Shown here: piece after piece, positions 25,786 to 36,550 of the stretch
Position numbering within the stretch: the first letter of the stretch is position 1
How the letters are laid out: the number at the start of each line of letters is the position of its first letter
Assembly: GCA_016193395.1 (NCBI GenBank)
Contig: JACPSH010000004.1
Span: forward strand, 6,549 to 70,548
Length of the DNA stretch: 64,000 bases
Reading direction: 5' to 3'
DNA from: Gammaproteobacteria bacterium
GTDB lineage: Bacteria; Pseudomonadota; Gammaproteobacteria; Eutrophobiales; Eutrophobiaceae
Notes under the pieces: generated by a model
The model's input: only the letters and a program-made list of their open reading frames with translations
Told to the model about the DNA's origin: nothing
The model's database searches: none
Translations under genes and position numbers: made by a program

Positions 25786-26483
25786 TGCCTTCACGCCGTT
25801 TTCCTGGGCGACTCCTGCTCGCTCCCGCGATCACCGCGCTCCTTACCGTTAAAGGTTGCGCGCCGCAGTCCACGGATTACTTCCCGCTGGGCACGGAGCA
25901 AACCTGGCAATACCGGATCACGCGCACGATCAAAGGCGAAACGCATTACCAGAAACTGATTGTCGCCAACCTGCCGGCCCTTACCGGGAATGACGGCGCC
26001 GTGTATTTCCCGCGCCGGCGGCTCGACGGACGCGCTGAATGGTACCAGCGGGATCAAAAAGGATTATTCCGCGTCGATCCCGCGACCAATGAACGCAGCC
26101 AGATCCTCCCCGCCGGATTGAAGGCCGGCATACGCTGGCAGGAGCCGGCGCGGATCCGTTTCCTGGAAATGGGCGGGACGTTCTCGGCCACGTTCACGGA
26201 ACGCGTCCAGAATTCGATCACGCTGGACTATGTCATCGAGGATATGGACGCGACGGTGGAAATGGCGGCAGGAACCTTCAAACACTGCATGCGCATCAGG
26301 GGCTCGGGGTCCATGTTCGCCGGCAGCCTGCTGGAATCCTTCCTCAGGATCCGCTTCATCAAGATCGAGCAGACCGACTGGTATGCGCCCGGCGTCGGGC
26401 TCGTCAAGCGCGTGCGAAACGAGTACACCACGCCGGCGGAATTCAGCAACGAGTACATCGAGGAACTGGAGACGGTGCGCTGA
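25785..26483 (+). CDS. Lipoprotein of unknown function
   Basis: The ATG overlaps the CPBP stop. It has a signal peptide with lipobox LTVKGC. No family was recognised. Confidence 0.5.
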   Translation: MPSRRFPGRLLLAPAITALLTVKGCAPQSTDYFPLGTEQTWQYRITRTIKGETHYQKLIVANLPALTGNDGAVYFPRRRLDGRAEWYQRDQKGLFRVDPATNERSQILPAGLKAGIRWQEPARIRFLEMGGTFSATFTERVQNSITLDYVIEDMDATVEMAAGTFKHCMRIRGSGSMFAGSLLESFLRIRFIKIEQTDWYAPGVGLVKRVRNEYTTPAEFSNEYIEELETVR

Positions 26484-26625
26484 CGCGGTTGTCATGCCGC
26501 CGGCCCGGGCCAATTCCCTGCGGGTCTGCGTGCATTTTGCTACTCGGAACCGGAAGTGGAGCGCTAAACTACACGCTCAGGGAGAAGCAATCGGCGCACG
26601 GGGGGAGTGCGCGGATCGCGACGAC

Positions 26626-29600
26626 ATGAACCAATCCGCTGCCGTCAAGAAACCGATTCGTATCCTGTTGGTCGAGGACGAAGAGGCCGATTTTGCCCTC
26701 CTGAAATACTACCTGGAACAGGCGGATGCCGCCGGTTACGTGGTGGCCTGGGCGAAGGACCTCGAACAGGCTGCGAGGAAATTCGAGAAGGAAGAGTTCG
26801 CGGTTTGCCTGGTCGATTATGGCCCTGGCCCGCGCGATGGCCTGGAATTCCTGAAGCGCTTCGCGAACATCCAGCAGGCGCCGCCGATGATCCTCATCAC
26901 CGGTTCGACGAGCAAAGAGATCCACCGCAAGGCTCGCGGGTATGGCGCCGCGGACTGCCTCATCAAGCACGACCTGTCGCCGCAATTGCTGTCGCGCGTC
27001 ATCAACCACGTGGTTACCCAGCAGGATTACTACCGCAAACTGTGGCTCAGCCGCGAGCACTACCGGAAGATCTTCGACAGCGCGCTGAATGCCATTACGG
27101 TGATCGACCAGGGCGGCACGGTGATCGGCTGGAATCCCCAGGCGGAACGCCTGTTCGGCTGGCGCCGCGAGGAGGTGATCGGCAGGAACCTGGAAGAAAC
27201 CATCGTTCTCGAGCGCCGCATACCGTTCTTCCGCGCATGGCTCGCGGATGCCGCGCAAACCGTCCAGCCCGAAGGAACGACCATTGCCGTGGAACGCACC
27301 CTGCGCCACAAGGATGGCCACGAGATCCCGGTGCTCGGCAATATCACGCGCATGACCGACGGCGGCCGCATGGCCTTCGTCGCGTTTTACCAGGACCTCA
27401 CCGTTGCGAAGCTGGAAACCGAGAAGGCACGGCGATACGAAGCCATTGTCCAGTCCACCGTTGATGTCATGGCGCTGCTCGATCGCCATTACGCCTATGT
27501 TGCAGCGAATGACGCCCATGGCAGGATCTGGGGCAAAAAACCCGCCGATTTGATCGGCCACCACGTGAAGGAGGTCCTGGGTGACGAAGTGTTCGAGCAG
27601 CGCCGCCCGATTTACGATCGCGTGCTCGCCGGGGAATCCCTGACCGACAATACCTGGGTGAATGTGCCCAAGCTTGGTCAACGTTACTGGAGCGTCCACT
27701 ACGACCCGTACCGGGACGGTGACGGGAACGTCATCGGCATCGTCGTCGATGCCCGCGACATCACCGAACAGAAGCGCGCGGAGGAAGCGCTGACAAAGAG
27801 CAACGAACTCATCAACGCGGTCATGCACTTGCAGGCGCAGTACATCATGGATATCGCGCCGATCACGTTGTTCCAGGAGCTATTGGACCAGATCATCACG
27901 CTCACGCAGAGCGAATTTGGATTCATCGGCGAGATATTCATGGACGAAAAAGGCGCTCCCCTTCTCAAAACCTACGCGCTGACCGATATTTCCTGGAACG
28001 AGAAGACCCGCGCCTTCTACAACAGGATGAAGAATGAGAACATGGAATTTCACGACCTGAAGACGCTGTTCGGCGCGGTCATCACCAGCCACGAGCCTGT
28101 CATCAGCAACGACCCGGGGAACGACCCGCGCGCGGGAGGGCCGCTGCCGGGACATCCGCCGCTGAAGAGTTTTCTCGGGCTGCCGTTTAATCATGGCAGC
28201 GAGATCCTCGGCATGGTCGGAATCGCCAACCGTCCCGGCGGCTATGACGAGGCGATCATCCGGCAACTGGAGGCCATCACGAGCGCAAGCGCCGGGATCA
28301 TCAGCCACTGGCGGTCGGAACGACGGCTGGCCAGCGCCGAACAGCGATTCCAGCACCTCTACGACGAAAACCCGGCGATGTTCTTTTCGCTCGACCCGGA
28401 CGGCATCATCGTGTCCACGAACCGCTATGCCGCGGATCAGCTTGGATACGACCTGGCGGACCTGATCGGCCATCCCGTTGACCGCATCCTGCACCCGGAT
28501 GACGTCGAGATCGCGCGCAATGCGCTGCGCGAAGTCTTCGCAAGCCCCGACTCCGTGCGGTCATGGGAACTGCGGAAAATCGGGAAGAGCGGCGAGTCCT
28601 TCTGGGTGCGCGAGACCGCGCGCATCACCACCGCGCCCGGCGGCGGCCGCACCGCGTTGATCGTGTGCGAGGACATCTCGGGCGCCAAGGCGCTTTCCGA
28701 GCAGCTTTCATACCAGGCGACGCACGACGCGCTGACCGATCTGATCAACCGCCGCGAATTCGAGCGGCGGCTGGGCGAGGCCATCAACAGCGCCCGATTC
28801 CACGGCGCGGAACACGCCATGTGCTTCATTGACCTGGACCAGTTCAAGGTGATCAACGACACCTGCGGCCACATGGCCGGTGACGCGCTGCTGCGCGACC
28901 TCGCCGGCATCATCGGCCGCAAGATCCGGCGCAGGGACACCCTGGCGCGGCTCGGCGGCGACGAATTCGCGCTGTTGATGGAACACTGCTCCCTGGCCCA
29001 GGCGCGTCAGATCGCCGCCAACCTTCACAACGTCATCAGCGATTACCAGTTCAACTGGCAGGATCGCCGCTACCGGCTCGGCTCCAGCATGGGCGTCGTT
29101 CCCGTCAGCGCCATCTCGGGGGACGTGCACGAAGTGCTGAGGCTCGCGGATGCCGCCTGCTACGCGGCCAAGGACGCGGGCCGCGACACGATCCACGTCT
29201 ATGACGTGGGGGATGAGCTGCTCGAGCGCCGGCACGGCGAGATGCTGTGGGTGGAGCGCATCAACCGATCGCTCGAACAGGGATTGTTCCGCCTCGCTCA
29301 CCAGCCGATCATCCGGACGCGCGGTCCGAAGAGAGGTCAGCATTATGAAATCCTGACGCGCCTGCTCGGGGACGATGGGGTACTCATCCTGCCCGGCGCG
29401 TTCCTGCCCGCGGCGGAACGTTACGGCGTGATCGGCCGGATCGACCGCTGGGTCGTCGCAACCTGGTTCAATTGGTTGCGCGAACACCCGCCGGTTCTAC
29501 AGCGCCTGACCCTGTCCAGCATCAACCTGTCCGCCCACTCGATCGGGGACAAGGCCATGCTGGATTTCATCCAGGCCGAGGCGGGGGCTCACGCAATCCC

Positions 29601-29991
29601 GCCCGAGAAGATCTGCTTCGAACTGACCGAAACCGCCGCCATCGCCAACCTGTCCGGCGCAGTCGAATTCATGAACGCGCTAAGCGAAAAGGGATTCAGA
29701 TTCGCGCTCGACGACTTCGGCAGCGGCCTCTCCTCCTTCGCCTACCTGCGCTCGCTGCCGGTTAACTACGTCAAGATCGACGGCGTGTTCGTAAGGGAAA
29801 TCGCGGACAACCGCATCGACCGCGCCATGGTGCAATCCATCAACGACGTCACCCACACCATGGGCAAGATGACCATCGCAGAATTCGTCGAAGACGAGTC
29901 GATCCTGGCGGTGCTGGGCGAGATCGGCGTGGACTATGCGCAGGGCTACGGGATCGGCCGGCCGGAATCCATCGATACGCTGCTCGGTTGA
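26626..29991 (+). CDS. Response-regulator receiver - PAS - PAS - GAF - PAS - GGDEF - EAL signalling protein
   Basis: Start MNQSAAVKKPIRILLVEDEE. The receiver Asp lies in CLVDY. It has an intact GGDEF with an upstream RxxD (RRRDTLARLGGDEF), and EAL-domain motifs EILTR, DDFGSG, KIDG and QGYGIGRP. Confidence 0.85.
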   Translation: MNQSAAVKKPIRILLVEDEEADFALLKYYLEQADAAGYVVAWAKDLEQAARKFEKEEFAVCLVDYGPGPRDGLEFLKRFANIQQAPPMILITGSTSKEIHRKARGYGAADCLIKHDLSPQLLSRVINHVVTQQDYYRKLWLSREHYRKIFDSALNAITVIDQGGTVIGWNPQAERLFGWRREEVIGRNLEETIVLERRIPFFRAWLADAAQTVQPEGTTIAVERTLRHKDGHEIPVLGNITRMTDGGRMAFVAFYQDLTVAKLETEKARRYEAIVQSTVDVMALLDRHYAYVAANDAHGRIWGKKPADLIGHHVKEVLGDEVFEQRRPIYDRVLAGESLTDNTWVNVPKLGQRYWSVHYDPYRDGDGNVIGIVVDARDITEQKRAEEALTKSNELINAVMHLQAQYIMDIAPITLFQELLDQIITLTQSEFGFIGEIFMDEKGAPLLKTYALTDISWNEKTRAFYNRMKNENMEFHDLKTLFGAVITSHEPVISNDPGNDPRAGGPLPGHPPLKSFLGLPFNHGSEILGMVGIANRPGGYDEAIIRQLEAITSASAGIISHWRSERRLASAEQRFQHLYDENPAMFFSLDPDGIIVSTNRYAADQLGYDLADLIGHPVDRILHPDDVEIARNALREVFASPDSVRSWELRKIGKSGESFWVRETARITTAPGGGRTALIVCEDISGAKALSEQLSYQATHDALTDLINRREFERRLGEAINSARFHGAEHAMCFIDLDQFKVINDTCGHMAGDALLRDLAGIIGRKIRRRDTLARLGGDEFALLMEHCSLAQARQIAANLHNVISDYQFNWQDRRYRLGSSMGVVPVSAISGDVHEVLRLADAACYAAKDAGRDTIHVYDVGDELLERRHGEMLWVERINRSLEQGLFRLAHQPIIRTRGPKRGQHYEILTRLLGDDGVLILPGAFLPAAERYGVIGRIDRWVVATWFNWLREHPPVLQRLTLSSINLSAHSIGDKAMLDFIQAEAGAHAIPPEKICFELTETAAIANLSGAVEFMNALSEKGFRFALDDFGSGLSSFAYLRSLPVNYVKIDGVFVREIADNRIDRAMVQSINDVTHTMGKMTIAEFVEDESILAVLGEIGVDYAQGYGIGRPESIDTLLG

Positions 29992-30021
29992 ACACCCGCC
30001 CAGCGGGCTGGACAGCGCCGT

Positions 30022-31653
30022 TCAAACCGCGGCGCGCAGCACGACCGTGTAGAGCATGCGCCTGGGCAGCCTGGCGCGCGAGATGCACGCTTCGATGGGG
30101 AACTCCTCGCCGTCCGCGCGCAGCCCGTATATCTTCCGGTTCGGGCCCATGCGCCCGGCGGTGGGGCGCTCGGCAAACGCCTTCATGTGCTGCCTGTGGA
30201 TCTCGCGGAAACGCTCCGGTATCAGCTCGTGCACATCGCGCCCCGCCATTTTCTGCCGCGTCGTGCCGAATAGTTTTTCGGCGGCGGAATTGAACACGAC
30301 GACCCGGAATTGATCGTCAACGACAATAATGGCGTCCGTTATCGTGTCGACGATGTAGCCGAGCATGGCTTCGCTGGACTTGACCATCTCGTCCTGCGCC
30401 ACGTCTTCGGAAATGTCCGTCCACGCCCCAACCACCTCCACCGGCTTCCCTCCCCGGTCACGGACGACGTGGAACCGATCCTCGATCCAGAAGTAGTAGC
30501 CGGCGGCGTGCCGGAAACGGTATCGAAAGACGCCCTCCCCGTTCCGGATCGCGGTGTCCACTTCTGTACGCATCCGCTGCCTGTCGTCCGGATGCAGGGA
30601 GTCGAACCAGAACTTCGAGCTGCCGATCATGAGCGCCGGATCGTGGCCGGTCATCTGGCGGAAATTTTCCGTGATAAAGACACAGCGGAAGCCGTCGATT
30701 TCCGTGGCGTAGATCACGGAGGGGCTGGATTCGAGCAGATGCCGGTACCGCTCGCGGGCTTGTTGCAGGGTCTGGACGGCGCGGTGGCGTTCGACGGCTT
30801 CGGCGATGAGATTCGTGGCATTGACGAGAAAGGCGATCTGATCGTCGCGAAACGTCCGCGGAGTCCGGCTGTGCACGGCGAGGATGCCGTAAGGCGCCTG
30901 TACGCCGCCGATGCGCACGGAGACGCCGCAGGCGACATCGTGGTCCTTCAACAGATCGGGTTTGTGGAAGCGATTTTCCCGGCTCCAGTCGAGCTGCACC
31001 ACCGGTCGATCGGTCATCATGGTGTAGCCCGCCTGGGACCGGTCTCTGCCCGGCACCGTGGCCTTGCCGACCAGCCCCTCCTTCCACCCCACTCCCGCGA
31101 CGAGCAGCAGAGAGTCCGTGTCGTGCTGCATTTCCAGGACCTTTACAAGTTCAATATCGAGTTCCTGGGCAATCCTTTCCGTCAGACGCTGAAGGTATTC
31201 GTGGAAGTCCGGTAATTCGAGGGCCATCTTCCCGAGTTCGGCGAGCGCCTGTTCCTCCGCGGCCCGCAATGCGAGCTGATCCTCGTGCAGCTTCAGATCG
31301 GTGATATCGCGCGCGAAGGCCAGGATCTGGACGACCTTGCCTTTCTCGTCGAACGCGGGCACGGCCGACTGCAGCATGAAGCGCCGGCCGGCGACGGGAT
31401 ACTCGACCCACCCCTGGGCAAACGCGCTCTCGCCCTGGAGGCACCGGCCGAGCGGGCCTTCCAGGAGCCCACGCAGCCGCTCCTCGCCGACCTGATCACG
31501 GGCATGGCGGCCGATCACCTCTCCGGCCGTGCCGCTGTAGTACTCGAGATATTTCTTGTTGACCCAGGTATAGCGCAAATCGGTCGACAGCCAGATCACC
31601 AGATCCGGAAGATCGTCGAGGGCCTGACTGGCAAAGCGTTCAAATATCTCCAT
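30022..31653 (-). CDS. PAS - GAF - PAS - PAS sensor protein without recognisable output domain
   Basis: 543-aa ORF. It has repeated PAS-like blocks and a central GAF-like block, with no kinase, GGDEF, EAL, HD-GYP or HTH motif seen. Confidence 0.7.
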   Translation of the reverse strand: MEIFERFASQALDDLPDLVIWLSTDLRYTWVNKKYLEYYSGTAGEVIGRHARDQVGEERLRGLLEGPLGRCLQGESAFAQGWVEYPVAGRRFMLQSAVPAFDEKGKVVQILAFARDITDLKLHEDQLALRAAEEQALAELGKMALELPDFHEYLQRLTERIAQELDIELVKVLEMQHDTDSLLLVAGVGWKEGLVGKATVPGRDRSQAGYTMMTDRPVVQLDWSRENRFHKPDLLKDHDVACGVSVRIGGVQAPYGILAVHSRTPRTFRDDQIAFLVNATNLIAEAVERHRAVQTLQQARERYRHLLESSPSVIYATEIDGFRCVFITENFRQMTGHDPALMIGSSKFWFDSLHPDDRQRMRTEVDTAIRNGEGVFRYRFRHAAGYYFWIEDRFHVVRDRGGKPVEVVGAWTDISEDVAQDEMVKSSEAMLGYIVDTITDAIIVVDDQFRVVVFNSAAEKLFGTTRQKMAGRDVHELIPERFREIHRQHMKAFAERPTAGRMGPNRKIYGLRADGEEFPIEACISRARLPRRMLYTVVLRAAV

Positions 31654-31843
31654 TGCGGGTCATGCCTGTTAGTTAATGCGTGGACCGACTCGGGAGGCGC
31701 GTGCGCATCGCTTCGCGCCTCGTCCTTCCCCAAGTATAGTTCTCGGCGGCAACGTCGAAGATTCGGGAACCGTTCCAAATCGGCTAAACTGCCCGTCGTC
31801 TCTTGGAAGTATGTCGGCAAACAAGCGTGGGAGAACGAGCCCG

Positions 31844-33601
<1,758 letters not shown>

Positions 33602-33605
33602 CACC

Positions 33606-33644
33606 GTCATCCCGGAAATGCCGAAGGCGTTATCCGGGATCCAC
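33606..33644. repeat. REP-like palindromic unit (variant GTCATCCCGG...CCGGGATCCAC)
   Basis: GTCATCCCGGAAATGCCGAAGGCGTTATCCGGGATCCAC. Confidence 0.7.
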
Positions 33645-33677
33645 GGTGTGCCAAGAGCGGGTGATTCTCGCCTTGTC

Positions 33678-33716
33678 GTCATTCCGGACTTCGCGAAGCG
33701 AACGTTCGGAATCCAC
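33678..33716. repeat. REP-like palindromic unit
   Basis: GTCATTCCGGACTTCGCGAAGCGAACGTTCGGAATCCAC. Confidence 0.75.
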
Positions 33717-33743
33717 TTTCCCAAGCGATTACTATCAGCAGGA

Positions 33744-33819
33744 TGGTGGGCCGTGCAGGAATCGAACCTGCGACCAACTGGTTAAAAGCCAGCTGCTCTA
33801 CCGACTGAGCTAACGGCCC
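33744..33819 (-). tRNA. tRNA-Lys (anticodon UUU)
   Basis: The reverse complement reads GGGCCGTTAGCTCAGTCGGTAGAGCAGCTGGCTTTTAACCAGTTGGTCGCAGGTTCGATTCCTGCACGGCCCACCA. It has a 7-bp acceptor stem, anticodon loop CUUUUAA, T-loop GGTTCGATTCC and an encoded CCA. Confidence 0.92.
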
Positions 33820-33820
33820 G

Positions 33821-33855
33821 GGGGAAGTGAAAAGTATAAAGTGAAAAGTGGAAAG
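33821..33855. repeat. Tandem 7-nt array (TGAAAAG family), unpaired half-element next to tRNA-Lys
   Basis: GGGGAAG TGAAAAG TATAAAG TGAAAAG TGGAAAG, the same unit as the hairpin arms at 40645-40760 and 41426-41511. Confidence 0.8.
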
Positions 33856-34011
33856 AAACCGCCCTCGACCGGCCGGGTGCCCGCGGCCCGGGAGGGGCGC
33901 GATAATACCGGACGCGCCCCGCGGGCGAAAGCGCGGGACGCGGCCGCCACTTGAAAATCGCTGGCGCTGTCCCTATTTTCTCCACGTCCAAAATTTCGTG
34001 AGACGCGACCC

Positions 34012-34353
34012 GTGCCGATCTACGAGTACCAATGCGATGCCTGCGGCAGGCGCCTGGAAATCACCCAGCGCCTCACCGAGAAACCGCTCAAGGAATGCCC
34101 GCATTGCAGGAAGAAGAAACTGCGCAAGCTGATCTCGGCTCCGTCGTTCCAGCTCAAGGGTACCGGGTGGTATGTGACGGATTTCAGGGACAAAAAACGC
34201 GGAAAGAAGCACAAGGAGAAGGCCGAGACGGAGAAGCCGGCGGAGACCACGGCCGAAACCGGGAGCGCCGGGAAGGAGACGGCGAAGAGCACGGAGACGA
34301 AGGGGAGGAAGCCGGCGGAGAAGGCGTCGAAAAAGGCGGCGGGCGAAGATTGA
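34012..34353 (+). CDS. FmdB-family zinc-ribbon putative regulatory protein
   Basis: GTG start, MPIYEYQCDACG...CPHCRKKKLRKLISAPSFQLKGTGWY (CxxC...CxxC zinc-ribbon signature), and a Lys/Glu-rich tail. Confidence 0.8.
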   Translation: MPIYEYQCDACGRRLEITQRLTEKPLKECPHCRKKKLRKLISAPSFQLKGTGWYVTDFRDKKRGKKHKEKAETEKPAETTAETGSAGKETAKSTETKGRKPAEKASKKAAGED

Positions 34354-34382
34354 ACGTGCGCCTGCGGCGCACATGAACTTGA

Positions 34383-34409
34383 CTGGATTCCGGCATTCGC
34401 CGGAATGAC
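34383..34409. repeat. REP-like palindromic unit, minimal form
   Basis: CTGGATTCCGG-cattcg-CCGGAATGAC, between convergent genes. Confidence 0.8.
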
Positions 34410-34414
34410 GACCC

Positions 34415-36349
34415 TTACAAGTCCTCGCCGACGTCCGCTCTCTGCCAGCGACGCCAGGCGAGGAAGCCGGCCGCGAGGATGACAATCAGCACTTGAAGAC
34501 CGGCGCTCTCGGCCGTCGGATAGATCCCGAGCACATCGATCGTCGGGATGGCGATGGTGCTGATGTCCAGCTTACCCGCCTCCTGCAAAGCCGCCACGCC
34601 CTTGCCGGCGAAGATCACCGCGAGCACAAACAGGATCACCGTGTTCGCGGTGAAGAACAGCCGCAGCGGCAGCCGGTTTCCGGCGCGCAGTATCGCCCAA
34701 CCCAGCCCGACGAGCGCAATGGCGGCCACCAGCATGCCCGCCGCGATTGCGCTGTGCGCCGCCTCGGTGCCGGCCTGAAGCCAGAGCGCCTCGTAGAACA
34801 GGATCGTCTCCACGATTTCCCGGTACACCGCGATGAAGGAGATGATCGCGAGCGTCCAGAGCGTGCCGCGCGTGAGACTGGCCTGCACGTGCCGGCTGAT
34901 GTACTGCCGCCACTGCTCGGAGTGCGCATAATCGTGCAGCCAACAGCCCACCCAGAGCAGCATCGCGGTGGCAAACAACGCGGTGATCCCTTCGGTCAGT
35001 TCGCGCCCGGCGCCGCTGACCTGGATGAGAAACTTCGCCGCGATCCAGGTCAATGCCCCCAGCGCGAGCGCGCCGATCCAGCCCGAATGCAGATAGCGAA
35101 GGGCATCGCGCCGGCCGATCTTGATCAGGAACGCGGCCACCGCGGCGAGCACGAGGATCGCTTCCAGACCTTCGCGAACCAGAATGACGAAGGAACTGAC
35201 GAAGCCCATCCCGGGCGAGAGCATCCCGGCGCCGAGACGCTCCTGCGCCTGCGCCAGCAATGTCTGGAGGTGATCGTAGCCGCCTTCGATCGCCGTGACG
35301 GGGTCGCCGCGTTTAATGGTCGCGCGGTAATCGAGCATGGCGCGCTCGATTTTCGTGACCAGCTCCGGCGCGGTCGGCCGCAGCGCGGGTTCGACCAGCT
35401 CGAATCCCTCGAGATACCCGGCAACCGCCAGATTGTAGGCGCGTCCGGCATCGCCGGCGCGATAGGCCTCCAGTCCTGCCGCGAGATATTCGCGGGCGAT
35501 CTGGATCGGATCGACTTCCATGGCGGCGACTGCCTCCGGATGACTGCGCAACCAGGCGAGCCATGCCAGTCCGTCACTGCCGTGCGTCGTCCGAATCTGT
35601 TCCGGTGTGACCTGCGTCAGTTGCGCGAGATCCACAACCGGCGCTTTGGCCGTATCGTCCGCGGCGAGCGACGCACCGCGTTCGCGCTCTGCTTCGGTTG
35701 CGAACCAACTGGAGATGTAAAACGACAGCGCCCAGCGGTCCGCGTCCGGGAGGCGCCCATAGCCGGCCATTCCGGTCCCATCGACGCCGAGCGTGATGGT
35801 GCTGAACAGGCCGTACACGCTGCGTTGCTTCTGCCGTTCCCGATCGTGGAAGTCGATCGGTTTCGGATTAAACTGCGCCCCCAGCGGACCGTCGCCGTGT
35901 CCCTGGGCCCCGTGGCAGCCCGCGCATTGCTCTTTGTATAGGGTTTCGCCCCGCCGCGACGAAGGCGGCCGCGTGGGCGCCACGTTCACCGCGTAGGCAG
36001 AAATGAGCGCTGCCGTGATCCGCCGGCAGCGTTCCTGTATGTCTTCCGCGGGAGCCAGCGAGGCAATTACTTTTCGGAGTTCCGCGGCCTCGGCCACCAG
36101 CGTTTCCTTGTCCGGGGTGGCGGGCAATTGCTGGATGAGGATGACGAGCTGAGCGGCAAACTCCACCTGCTCACCGAACTCCGCCTGATCCACCACGCGA
36201 CCTTCTGTGACCGCCGCCGGATAGTCGACCCCTACGTAATCGAGGATGTGGAGGGCCGATTGGGTCATGCGAGCCGGATCGGGATCGGCGGCCCCTAGCC
36301 CCGTGGACAAGAAAAGGGAGATCAATAAAAACAAAGGGTTGCGGAACAT
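34415..36349 (-). CDS. Cytochrome c domain fused to FTR1/EfeU-family iron permease
   Basis: ATG 36349 (MFRNPLFLLISLF signal; the track start at 36364 is TTG). It has a CAGCH heme motif in the periplasmic N-terminal half, followed by a multi-TM region with the REGLEAILV (REXLE) motif. Confidence 0.8.
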   Translation of the reverse strand: MFRNPLFLLISLFLSTGLGAADPDPARMTQSALHILDYVGVDYPAAVTEGRVVDQAEFGEQVEFAAQLVILIQQLPATPDKETLVAEAAELRKVIASLAPAEDIQERCRRITAALISAYAVNVAPTRPPSSRRGETLYKEQCAGCHGAQGHGDGPLGAQFNPKPIDFHDRERQKQRSVYGLFSTITLGVDGTGMAGYGRLPDADRWALSFYISSWFATEAERERGASLAADDTAKAPVVDLAQLTQVTPEQIRTTHGSDGLAWLAWLRSHPEAVAAMEVDPIQIAREYLAAGLEAYRAGDAGRAYNLAVAGYLEGFELVEPALRPTAPELVTKIERAMLDYRATIKRGDPVTAIEGGYDHLQTLLAQAQERLGAGMLSPGMGFVSSFVILVREGLEAILVLAAVAAFLIKIGRRDALRYLHSGWIGALALGALTWIAAKFLIQVSGAGRELTEGITALFATAMLLWVGCWLHDYAHSEQWRQYISRHVQASLTRGTLWTLAIISFIAVYREIVETILFYEALWLQAGTEAAHSAIAAGMLVAAIALVGLGWAILRAGNRLPLRLFFTANTVILFVLAVIFAGKGVAALQEAGKLDISTIAIPTIDVLGIYPTAESAGLQVLIVILAAGFLAWRRWQRADVGEDL

Positions 36350-36363
36350 GGGAATGGCTATCA

Positions 36364-36382
36364 AATGAAAATATTTCTCATT
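36364..36382. promoter_or_regulatory. Candidate Fur box upstream of the FTR1-family permease gene
   Basis: AATGAAAATATTTCTCATT is an AT-rich near-palindrome. Extended by 3 nt (36361-36379) it matches 12 of 19 positions of the GATAATGATAATCATTATC consensus by my hand alignment. Confidence 0.35.
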
Positions 36383-36550
36383 TGTATAGTACGGCCTACG
36401 GCCGGCATGCGCAAGCCATCCGGCCTGCTTCGGCTGTCGAGTCTCTCACCGCAAACTCCGGCAGAGGTGCGCCGGCCAGTCCACAGCGTGCCGGGCCCTG
36501 CCTCGAATTCGAGGACTTCGTTGCAGGTCAAGCTGCGCGATCGCCTGCGC

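Noticed and set aside
22592-25794. Minus-strand ORFs 22592..24472 and 24526..25794
   Set aside because: They lie opposite bepA, soxYZ and the CPBP gene, and no motifs were found. They are GC-skew artefacts.
36501-36514. 14-bp perfect palindrome CCTCGAATTCGAGG
   Set aside because: It is isolated, contains an EcoRI site, and has no associated regulator or second copy seen. Evidence is insufficient to call it a site.
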